A DNA stretch of 64,000 bases. Origin: Cladosporium halotolerans. Lineage: Eukaryota. A program made the translations under genes and the position numbers. Each line of letters begins with the position of its first letter. Positions within the stretch are counted from its first letter, which is position 1. Under the pieces are notes generated by a model that was not told the origin of the DNA, did no database searches, and saw only the letters and a list, made by a program, of their open reading frames with translations. Where the stretch lies: assembly GCF_011745625.1 (NCBI RefSeq), contig NW_027191461.1, forward strand, positions 124,001 to 188,000, read 5' to 3'. Below, in pieces: positions 46,521 to 57,289 of this stretch.

Positions 46521-48582
46521 CTACGGCGCCTTGGTACCCGACGCGCTCTCACCATCCCCTTGCTGCTCCATAGCCTTCTTCAGCGCCTCCCTCTCCTCCC
46601 TCACATTCACACTCCTGCGCCTGATCTTCTCCACATCCCCAAAGACAGCCGGCACCAGCTCCTTCTTATTCACCTTCCCCATCGCATTCCTCTTAATCGC
46701 CTCCACGACCGCCAAGTCCTGCGGGATCTTATACGCGACCAGCTTGTCCTTCAGCGCGCGGCGCAGATCCATCGCGCCGAACGGCTTCCCGCCCTTGCCC
46801 GCCGTCTTGCCCTCCTCAGACAGCACGACGACGGCCGCGACCTTCTGGCCCCACGCCTCGGACGGCAGGCCCACGACGGCGCACTCGCTGACGGCCGGCA
46901 GAGCGAGAATCTCGCGCTCGATCTCCAGCGCCGACACCTTCTCGCCGCCCGTCTTGATGATGTCCGCGCTGCGCCGGCCCTGGATGAAGTACGCGGGCCC
47001 GCGCGCCCAGGGGCCCGACTTCCCCTGCCCAGACCCCTCCACGGCGCGCCGCACGGCTATATCGCCCGTCTTGAACCAGCCGTCGGGCGTGAACTCCTTC
47101 GCCGTCGCGGCGGCGTTGCGCCAGTACTCCTTGAAGATCGTGGGCCCGCGCAGCTGGATCTCGCCCTGGCGCTCCTTGCCCGTCGCGGGGTCTGCTTCCG
47201 CGCCGAGCGGGATCTCGGCCTGCGCGCCTGTCGCGTCGTCGGTTTCGACGAGGCGGGCTTGGACGGAGGGCAGGGGCCAGCCGACGGAGCCGTCGATGCG
47301 GTCGACGTCGTGCAGGCCGCAGGAGAGCGCCATGCCGACTTCGGTCATGCCGTAGCGCTCGAGGAGGACGTTGCCGGCGGACAGCTCGGTCCAGCCGTCG
47401 CGGGTGGGTTTGGGCAGGGCGGCGGAGCCGGAGATGTTGAGGCGCAGGTGCTCGCGGGAGATGGCTTGCTTGGTGGCTTTTTGCAGCTCCGGGGAGAGAG
47501 ACGGGAAGGTCTGCAGCATGCGGGCCCAGATCGTGGGCACGACTGTGAAGAAGGTGATGGGCGGTCGGGGGTCCTTGTTGGTGCCGTTTGCTGCGCCGTT
47601 CGTGCCGTTGGATTCCAGGAAGGGCGCGGCGAAGCGCTTCCAGACGTTGTCTACGTTGAACGGAAACATGAATTCGATGCTGCTGCCGGCCAGCAGCGGC
47701 GTGAGGAGCGCATTGACCGTGCCGTGGATGTGGTGGAGCGGTAGAACGTGCAGAAGGCGATCCGACGTAGAGTACTCCCAGGCCTCGAGCAAGCTGTGCG
47801 CCTGAGCGGTCAGAGTCGCATCCGACAGCATGACACCCTTCGGTCGCGCGGTGGTGCCAGATGTGAACAGCATCATGCCGCCTGCCGCCGACTCGGTCAT
47901 GCCAGTGAGCTCGACATCGAAAGTCTCGTCCGATCCCTTCTCTAGCTTCTCCAATTGAACAAACACCAGGGTGTTCTCCAAACCCTCCTTCAGAACCTCC
48001 TGTGCCTGCTTCGCATATTTCGCGGACGAAAGCAGCGCGAGCGCTCCGCTGTGGTCCAGGATGTATCTCAATTCACCCGCGGGAAAAGAAGGTGCCAACG
48101 GTACGGCGATGGCATTGGAGGCTAGGGCAGCGAGGAGAGTGACTGAGAGCGAGACTTAGCTTTTGAAGGCGACACCAAGAGGCATTGGAAGACGTCTTCC
48201 ACAGGCGATCCGCACCTACATAGTCATAGCCATTCTCCACCATGAAGGCGATTCGCTCGCCGGCAATGCTGCTCTCATCCTTGCCCGTCTCTTCCAGCAG
48301 CTTTTCTTTGGCACGCGACACATCGCGTAGCAGTGAGCCGTAGGAGAAAGCGACGTCGGAGTCGTAGTTGACCACGGCGGTAGAAGAGGGATCGTGCTTT
48401 CGGATGGCCTCGAAGAAAGCCGAGCGCTGGATAGCAGCCATTGCCTGACGTGAAGCAGAAAACGCACGTGAGTAGCGAGGCGCGAACGAAGATGCAATTA
48501 CTGGTATAGACGCAAGGCGCAAAGGCCGGTGGTGTTTAGGCAAAGAGCGAATGCAGGTTGCCAGAGGGCGACGGGCCAGCAT
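46521..48582 (-). CDS. Acyl-CoA synthetase, malonyl-CoA synthetase (ACSF3/MatB)-like
   Basis: Exons 48582-48216 and 48142-46521. Motifs FTSGTTARPKGV, LPLHHIHG, ERYGMTE, WFKTGD, GRRSADIIKTGGEKVSALEIE and RNAMGKVNKK. Confidence 0.85.
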
Positions 48583-49537
48583 GGTGAGGGTCAAGAGGAG
48601 AGGAGCAGGCGGAGCTGACACGGCATGTCATCCACCTCGCATGCACCGGCAGTTGGTTGGCGTGGACAGATTTCGGGTATCGCAATGGTCGCTGCTGCTA
48701 ATCGCTAATCGCTCTTCAAGCACCACCGACGGCTTCGAAGAAAGCTGGGGCGGGTCGCCGAAGCCGCCGGGCGACATCGGCTCTCCCCACAACTCCGGCG
48801 AGATGTGTATTGACTGAGGATGCGACGAGGTCGTCATCGGGGTGAAGTAATCCCGGCGGACTCGTGAGAGGCATATTGTATGTAGGCATGCCTTTCGCAG
48901 GTGTCCGTAAATGCAGGGTGAATAGCATGGATTATTGGCGGATGAAACCAAGCGCCATACATAAGCCAATCTCAACGGGCGGCAAAAGATGTCTGTCAAT
49001 CGTGGCCTATGCAGCCATGTTGAAGCAGGGAACCCTCGACTTGCTGAGATGCACGACATCCAAGCCCCTGTGTCTTCGTGTCTATAACGAGAACTAGAAG
49101 CTCGACATCGCTGAAGTGTGGCACAGACTATGGCCTGGTTTCAGGAGCCACTATTGTGCAAGGGTATCCCGCGCTTACATACCTAGATCCTCAGCGACCA
49201 TTGTTGAGCCACCAGCGCCTGTGAAAGGGGTCGCGTGCGCAGGTACGATGATGTGGACGCGTTGCAATACGCAACGATCATTGGTAGAGTACGACTACAA
49301 TGTCAATTTCACGCAGTGGAACAATAGAGCCGGCGTGCGAGGTTGTGTCAAAGGATGCGTACGCATATTATAAGTGGTATCACTCGTTCGTCAAACTAAT
49401 ACGAAAACATCGTCCAATAATCTCCCGTGACTCGTCGGCGCGCCGTCACGCAGTGCGCCAGACGGGGTATCGTGTTTCTTGCAATAATGGCCAGCACTGT
49501 AGAGCCATACATTCTCGTCTTCAAACAGACAAACAGC

Positions 49538-50546
49538 TTACACCGACTCGGCGGCGCGAGCGGCGCTGTTGTCGACCTTGCCGCGCCTCTCGCGGCCCTT
49601 GTCGGACCAGGGGAAGTGGGCGACGGGGATGATGAAGAAAGAGTTGCTGGGGTCGGCAATACCGGCAAGGGCGTTGTACCTGGAGAGTTGGTTAGACGTT
49701 GAACGGATCGACAGCAGATGTTGAACGTGTGAGCTTACCAAGCAATGAACGCAGCCAGGATACCAAATGCACCACCAGCCCTCAAGCAAGCAGTGTCAGG
49801 GTGCGCGCCGTCATGCAGGAGGTAGGCAATTCCGAGCATGAGAAAGGCCAAGTCCAGGGTGAAGAAGAGCAGGAAGAAAGCGACGGTTGAGCGCAGGGTG
49901 CAGATAAGCATGAGGAAGGTAAAGATGAACCATCCCATCAAGTACAGGCCGAAAGAGTTCAGGAATGGATCAGCAGATTCGGCCTCGAGAGTCGCCATAA
50001 TCTGGAATCCACCGGGGGTAAGGATAATAGCGGTGCCAAGCCAGAAACCACCGTAAGACGAAAGTGCAGTGGCACCGAAAGTGTTACCGACAGCCATTTC
50101 CCTGTAGTACAATTAACAATGCGTCCAGAGGAGAAGTTTGACTTGCTATCAACTCACCACATGCCAGCGAGAAGCTGGACAAGACCGCCATAGGCGAAAG
50201 CAGCACCAACAACGATGTTGGGCTCCGAAAGACCGCGAGTACCAAGGTTGATCAGGGACAGGACGAAAGTGGTGAGGGCGAAAGCGCTCAGACCCAGAGG
50301 AGCTGGGTTGGCGAACTTGCGGCCCTCAGTGGGCTTGTAGAGACCAGGCTGGAATTCACCACCGAAGGCAGGAAGACGGACGGAGTCCCCAGTGTTGATG
50401 TGAGCGAGTGGGTTTCCGCCGTAGTCATAAGGCTTGCGCTGCTTAGCCTGCTGGTTGGTGGCATGGTCATAGTGGTCGGTGTGGCCGTTGACCGGAGACT
50501 CCAACGACTCCTTGTTGATCTCGTTCTGCTCCTGAGCCGTCGACAT
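49538..50546 (-). CDS. ADY2: GPR1/FUN34/YaaH-family acetate transporter (Ady2/AcpA-like)
   Basis: Exons 50546-50158, 50101-49739 and 49679-49538. Signature FANPAPLGLSAFALTT, YGGLVQLLAGMWE, NTFGATALSSYGGFW and AWYNA. Confidence 0.9.
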
Positions 50547-53222
50547 TGTGGCGGTGTTTCCCTTGCGGCAGCGGTAGGTAAAGTATGTGCGGGACGGAAG
50601 GTGCTGTGCTTGGCTGGGCGTCGCCTTATGTATTGGCGAAGGGTGAGCTGCAAACACAAACAAGCAACGATGAGTGTAATATGCGAAACAACAACGGTCC
50701 CTCGCGAGCGGGACGAGTATACACTATATACCTTTGGCGCTCGCACTACTGAGCAGTCTCCTCCTCCGTCGGCCAAGCACCCTAGTACGGGGTGTGTGGG
50801 GAGACATCGGTTCTCCAATGTTTGGAGAAGCTAGCAGGGCATGGTGGGGACGGACCAATGGAAGATGGTGATGATCCTCTTGCCGTCGGTTCGGCAAATA
50901 TCAGAATTGCTGACGAGACAGCGCCGGGCGAGCACGCCTCGCACGCTTATGGCGCGCGCAGATCGCCGCACGCCGCACCATCCGGCTCCGGCGCCATTGA
51001 TCTGGCACAGCGCATTGGTGTTGCAGGCCAGTTGCCATGCAGAAGGATGCCCGCCGCTTCCTAGCGAGGCGATAGCGGCATGGAGCGTGCTGGCCGCGGC
51101 CGCTCAGGCTAGGGCCGCACGAGGGCAGCGTTGACGACTGGGGGGAGCAGAGGGCCCTGGCACACCGGGAGGCAGAGCGTGGGAGCGTCGCAAGGGCCGC
51201 ACGCCTCGCGGTCAGCCCAGCACTCGCCAGCAGACGCATTGCTTGGGGACGACGGGGATCGCTCGCTCCCCACGAACGCTGCGGAGCATCCATGACGCGC
51301 CGCGGTCGATGGTGTGGACGCGGGCAGCAAATCATGGCGATGGCAGAGGGCGGCGAGCCGCCTGATGTCACCGGCGGCGGCCATCGAGAGCTTGATCGAG
51401 CCAGTGGGCGCACCGCCAAGCCCGCCGCATTGCTTGTCTCGACATGTGTGAGGCGGCGTCAGCGCCAGCGCCCGTTCGCGCGAGAGCTCGCGGAATCTCC
51501 GGCAGCGGTGCGCGTGCGCTGGAAACATTCCATGAGCGCAACGGCGGGCAACGCTGGCTTGCGCAAACAACCGCCCAAACGCCCTCACCGCGCAAACAAC
51601 TCGAATCCTCCCGTCCGTCCAGTGCGACCGGAGCCCTCAGTGCCCCCCACCCGGCCAGTCTGTGCGCGCCGCCTGGCCCTCTGTGCCTCCGTGGAGTCCA
51701 TAGTTTGTTGCGAACGTGTCGTGCGTGTGTCGTCAACCCTGCGACGATCCGCCGGCTGCCGTGCCGTCAGACAGTTGCTGTCTTGCCAGCTGCCACAACT
51801 CGCGGTGCTCGCCAGCGGTCGCCTGCGCGCCGCTTACTGCTTTCGTGGCGTCCGATCGTCCGTGGCCCGTCAACCGAGGCCTTTCATCTAAGCTTTGCGG
51901 GCCACAATTTCATTACATGAGAGCGCTTGGACTGCCCGTCCGTTCGCTCCCGGCGGCGACGAGACGCGACAAGACGGAGGCTTGTAACCGCGACCGCACG
52001 CGCTGCACGCATCCCGGTCGGCGTGCGCGGTCAGCAGCGCGCGGGCATTGGTTTTGTCTGTGACATCCTGGAGTTCGCCGCCGGCGTCGTCGGCAACACG
52101 CTCGGCGCGCTGGCCCGCCCTCACGCGGTCGGCGGAGCGGAGCACAGGGCCTGAAGGGCCTCCCACCCTGCCTGAGCTGTTCTCAATTGTGGAGCAAATA
52201 TACCACAGCGCTGGCACCGAACGGCCTGTGTCTGAGAAGAGTTCGAGCCCGGCCTGCAGCGTCTCGGTTCCTTCTCGCGCTCTTCACCTCCGCCCACAGG
52301 ACCCATCGAGCCATCCACGCATCCCCCACAGCGTGCGCAAGCTTGTCTCGACCTGCCTGCAGGGTGCGAGCGAGGGTCTCTTCGCAGACTAAGGCACCTT
52401 ACTCCTTTCGCGGGCCACTTCCAGCGCCCCTCAAACACGCTGGCCGTCTCAACCCAAATCCTTCGTCGGTGGCTCGACGGCCTGAAATTGCATGCTCGAT
52501 AGTGCTGAACGCCACCAGCGTCTAAGCAAGCGCCTCAAGTCTTGCCTTTGTGCTTGTCGCCTCGCTGCTGCAGCCCGACGCCGCGACGAAGCAGCCGGCA
52601 TGTCCTTCAGCGCGACGGCTAATTTAATACAAATCCCATTATTGCGCTGGACATTTGGCTTTCAGGCTGCAACAATTACTCCGCTTAGCCGGCCTCGCGT
52701 GGTGGGGTGAGATGCGCGACAAGTCAAGCGAGCGCGTCGCTGAGTGCTGCGCTCGCCCTGCATTGCACGTCTGTCAAAACATCGTCACATTCTCACAGTC
52801 CCATGGCGCTCATCTCGTGCCTGCACGAGGACAGGACTATAGCATACTTCCATCGGACAACGTGCCGGCATCCGCGCTCGGCGCCCTGCAGACATCGATC
52901 GAGAATGACTTTGGGGTACCTGGGGACAAACCACACCCTCGGGGTAGCGGCGCGGCTGACGTAGAGTTCGATCGACTCCACCCTATCGTCTTCTAGGGAA
53001 CATTCGCCAATGACGACAGCATGCCGATGCCAATGAGAAGATCGGGAACCGATGAAGAATCACACGACTGCTACCACGGAGCATGACCCGAGATTGGTTT
53101 TCACAGGTACGTATCTCCTATGTTTACGTCCTGTCGATTACCACGTCGTCTCCTGATCGCGCATTGAGTTCGCCCGCATTGCACTTCACTTCTCCTTTCG
53201 AAGAATGCATCAACAAACCCTC

Positions 53223-54150
53223 TCAAGCAGCGGTCACACCGGCATCTGCTGTCCACGTTGCGCCATTGACGATCTGCGCAGCATCGGAGCTCAGGAAGAG
53301 CACGACCTCAGCAACCTTGTTTACGTCGCAGATCTCGATTCCTCCCCAGTCAGGGACTGTCGGTGAGAAGTCAGTTTGCTGTCAACATGCTCATCACATC
53401 TGGCTTTTCAACTTACAGTTGCGCCTCATGCGCGCAATTCCGTCCTGGTTGCAGCCCTCGGTCGAGAGCGTGAGCGCGATGTTGGTGTCCATCTGGCCAG
53501 CGGCGACGGCGTTGCAGCGGATGCCTTTGGCGCCGTAGTATGCAGCAGTGTTCTTCGTGAGGCCGATCAGACCGTGTTTGCTTGCGGTGTATGCCGCGCC
53601 TACGAAATCGCACCGTTAGTGAACTCACTCTCACGATCGCAGCTTCTTGGCCTCTAGACTGGCCACCTTGTGCCAACATACCACACGTAAACCCTCTGAA
53701 GCCGGCAATGGAAGCAATGTTGACAACGCTGCCCGTCTTGCCCTCCTCAAGCCACTTCTTGATCGCCCTCCCACTGATCATCGCCGGCGCAGTCAAGTTC
53801 AAGGCAATGACCTTGTCCCACATCTGCCTCTCCATCTCCGCCACAGCGTCGAATCGATCAATGCGGCCGGCCGAGTTGACGACAAAATCAATGCCGCCGA
53901 ACATCTTCTCGCCCTCGGTAAACATATTCTCCACGTTCTCATCCTTGGTGATGTCCGCCTGCAGCACGAGCGTGCATTCCGGGTACGCCGCTGAGACCTT
54001 CTCCTTGAAGTCCGCGATCAGCTCCGCGTTGATGTCGGCCACGACGACGTTGGCTCCAGCGCGCAGGAAGGCCTCCGCAATGGCACGGCCGAGCCCACCG
54101 CACGCGCCTGTCACCAGGGCGGTCTTGTGGGCGAAAGGTGTCTGGTTCAT
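53223..54150 (-). CDS. Short-chain dehydrogenase/reductase (classical SDR)
   Basis: Exons 54150-53682, 53599-53417 and 53356-53223. Motifs VTGACGGLG, VNSAG, VNIAS, YTASKHG, IRCNAV and ADAG. An upstream in-frame ATG at 54216 is an alternative start. Confidence 0.88.
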
Positions 54151-55065
54151 GGTGGACGTCGTGCGTGGCTGCTTAGCGTCTGCTGAAGCTGGCGAGTCGG
54201 AGTGGTCTCGCTTCATCTAATGGGACTTTGTGCGAGGCGATATGTTCTTGTTGATCAGGGGAAATACGGGAATTTTCTCTCAATCGTAAGTCTGATTTGC
54301 CTAGAGCAAGTGCCGCTACGACGCTGGTTACAAAGCAGGAACAAGCCGAAGACGAGCTGCCCTAAACACAGGCAACTCGCAAGATTTATGTTGAGTCGCA
54401 CATTTTCGCGCCGGCACTCCAGGCTACCCGGAGACCCCGATGCCTACAGCACAACCTTTCGCCTCCACCGGCTGTGGAACTCCTGATGGCCTGCGATGGG
54501 TCGCACAAAGGCTGGCGGTTGTATCCACCGCTGTCCATAGGATCACATTGTACGAGCGTGCGGTATAGGGCTGTGCTGGGCCGATTTTCTCGCTTCGCTT
54601 AAGCGAGTGGGATTCTCGCCTCGTAAGTGGCTCGTATCAGCTCGGAGGACGCGCTTCCCGGTCGGCGGGCAGGGATTCCTGGTGAACCCCGCGCTTTTGT
54701 GGGGCGATGAGGCTGCTTGGAGAGAGCTTGGTGCGGGTGCCTGACCGACAACTGCCGCTGTCAACACTCGATACATGATCTTGTCTTTTGTATCCGCGAG
54801 CATTGTAAATACCCATCACGGCGTTGAAGCTGAGTGGAAAGGCTGATAGTCTTACTCTTGCAGTCTGCGACCAGCTACCGCAGAAAGGATCCTCATCCTG
54901 CGCCGTGACGCAACCATCGCGACAGAGCTCAGCTCAGCCGTACGCTCAGCCAGGTAGCACTCGTACCTCCATCATCCACCGTGCCAACATTCCCACCCAA
55001 CAAGTAACATCTTATAATTATCCTCACACCAACATCACCTCACAAATTCCACCCCGCCGCCCAAC

Positions 55066-56703
55066 ATGACCGCCGGCTCCGAAACCAAACCCGCCCCACC
55101 CCAAAACCACACCGCGCGCACCTACTTCGACCACTCCTCCGCCCCACGCACCAACACCGACGCCGTCCTCGTCGACTCCCTGCGCAGCGAATACCCCAAT
55201 CTGCACCTGACCATCGTCCCCCAGTCCTCCTGCAACCTCCTCACCTTCGCCAGCGCCGGCAACGGCGGCCTCGCGGCCATCGACAAAGAGCCAGACCGCC
55301 TGCGCTGGAGCGTCTTCTCGCCGCCCGCGACGCGGCTGGACGGCGACGACGGCGCGCTGGCGGAGCACGTCAAGTTCGGCAAGTTCCTGCTCGACTGGCA
55401 GGGCAAGGAGTACGTTGTCTTCGTCGCCGAGGGCCGCGACGGCGGCAGCGCGTACCCCAGCGTCACGAACCAGTACGTCCTTTCGCCTTCCGTGGACGCG
55501 ACGGACCGCCTGCTGCTGGCGGCGGGCAGGTGGGCGAACGAGCTGCACGGCGAGGTGTGGGTGTTCGACGGCGGGCGCTGGCTGAAGTCCGCGCAGCTGT
55601 GGGAGAGCGTCGCCAAGGCGAGCTGGGACGATGTGATTTTGGACCAGGACATGAAGGATGCGATTCGCGGGGACGTGGATCGTTTCTTCGACAGCAGGGA
55701 GACGTATGAGAATCTGAAGGTGCCGTGGAAGAGGGGCATCATCTACTACGGTCCGCCGGGGAACGGCAAGACGATCTCGATCAAAGCCACGATGCATGCG
55801 CTGTATGAGCGGAAGCCTGCGATTCCAACATTGGGTGAGCGATCTTGAAAGACATATTCACGAGGACTGAGCTGAGTTAACCAAACCGCAGTGAGACACA
55901 TTGTTCCCGATCATCCTCGTGAACTCAGCCGCCCTCCCTACCCCATTTGAAAAGGCCAGCAGACTAACACCCCCCACCCCCAGTACGTCCGCAGCCTCTC
56001 CTCCTTCGCCGGCCCCGAATACAGCATCAACGCCATCTTCGCCCTCGCCCGGCGCAGCGCCCCCTGCTACCTCGTCTTCGAAGACCTCGACTCGCTCGTC
56101 TCCGACTCCGTGCGCTCCTACTTCCTCAACGAAGTCGACGGCATCAAGCGCAACGACGGCATCCTCATGCTCGGGTCCACGAACCACCTCGACCGCCTCG
56201 ACCCGGGCATCGCCAAGCGCCCCTCGCGCTTCGACCGCAAGTACCTCTTCCCCAACCCGGGCGGCGCCCAGAGGACGGCGTACGCGCGGTTCTGGAGGAG
56301 GAAGCTGGAGGGGAACAAAGAGGGGCTGGAGTTTCCGGACCGGATGTGTGGAGCCATCGCGGGGATCACGGGCGGGTTTTCGTTCGCGTATATTCAGGAG
56401 GCGATGGTGGCGAGTTTGTTGGCGATCGCGGCGAGGGGGGAGAGGGATGTTGCTGTGGAGGAGAGGAGGGGGTCGGCTGATCGCGTTGCGGGCGACTTGG
56501 ACAGATTGTCGGTCGAGGACCGTCGGGCTGCTCTGAGGTGTGCGTGTGGGGTTTGCAATGAGGGGGAGGAGCCGGATTTGAGCGGGCTGGTGCTTTGGAG
56601 GGAGATTCAGAAGCAGGTTAAGATTCTTAGGGAGGAGATGGGGGATGGTGGGGACGAGGAGGATGCTGCTGCTGCTGCTGCTGCTGCTGCTGGGAGCGCA
56701 TGA
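55066..56703 (+). CDS. Single-module AAA+ ATPase (fungal family of unclear function)
   Basis: Exons 55066-55833 and 55984-56703. Walker A GPPGNGKT, Walker B YLVFEDLD, FLNEVDG, and SRH GSTNHLDRLDPGIAKRPSRFDRKY. Confidence 0.88.
55834..55983 (+). other. [D1,2] stwintron: internal U2 intron 55835-55891 nested in the donor of a 93 nt external U2 intron
   Basis: TTG|G-[GTGAGC...GTTAAC..CGCAG]-TGAGAC...GACTAAC..CCCCAG|TAC. Only two-step excision gives the in-frame join PTL-YVRSL. Confidence 0.8.
56665..56691 (+). repeat. (GCT)9 microsatellite encoding poly-Ala
   Basis: Nine perfect GCT units just before the AAA+ ATPase stop codon. Confidence 0.9.
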
Positions 56704-57289
56704 TGTGAAGCATGTGTTGACATATCAGAAGATGGTTGAGAAAGTGCGCACAGAAATGATGAGATAGATCGGTGATTGCATGGCGGATGGCTGGCATATG
56801 AGAGAGGAAGAAAGGCTCACGGCACACGTTTAGCTTATGACATGATGACTGACATTGAAACGGAACGACTTATCAGCATTATACGGCGATCACGGAAACA
56901 TTTGACAAGGATCGCAGGCTCACTGTGGAAACTTGATTGAAAAAGTACAAATCATATCATTCATGTCCTTCGCGTTCAGTTCATGTCCAATTCGTACCCA
57001 ATCCATTCTTCCCAATGCCTCCCGACATCGAAGTAGTCAAGCAGACCGGAAATCCAGAATGACATCGGAACCGCCTCGTGACGGCCGATCATCGCAAAAA
57101 GCCACTTGCACAGTTCCCTCCAAAAACAGACCTTTCTGGCCCCGTCCCCTTCCCTTCCCTTCCGCCCTAAACGCCATCGCTAGAAGTACGCACAGCACAG
57201 ACAAAGCAATCCACACTCCCCTCCCCGGGGCACGATCGTCAAAAAATATTCAAAAAAAACTTCAAAAAACACCTCGGCGTCCTCATCCA

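Noticed and set aside
52205..52262. tRNA-like GTTCGAGCCC motif
   Set aside because: The flanks do not form a T stem, and no D or anticodon arm can be built. GGTTCGAACC near 6041 fails for the same reason.
50800..52500. Overlapping 100-200 aa ORFs on both strands upstream of ADY2
   Set aside because: Arg/Ala/Pro-rich translations expected from GC-rich non-coding DNA, with no motifs or coherent exon structure.
55835..55983. AAA+ ATPase gene as a frameshifted pseudogene or as two separate genes
   Set aside because: Both halves keep intact AAA+ motifs, and nested splicing restores the frame exactly with canonical signals.
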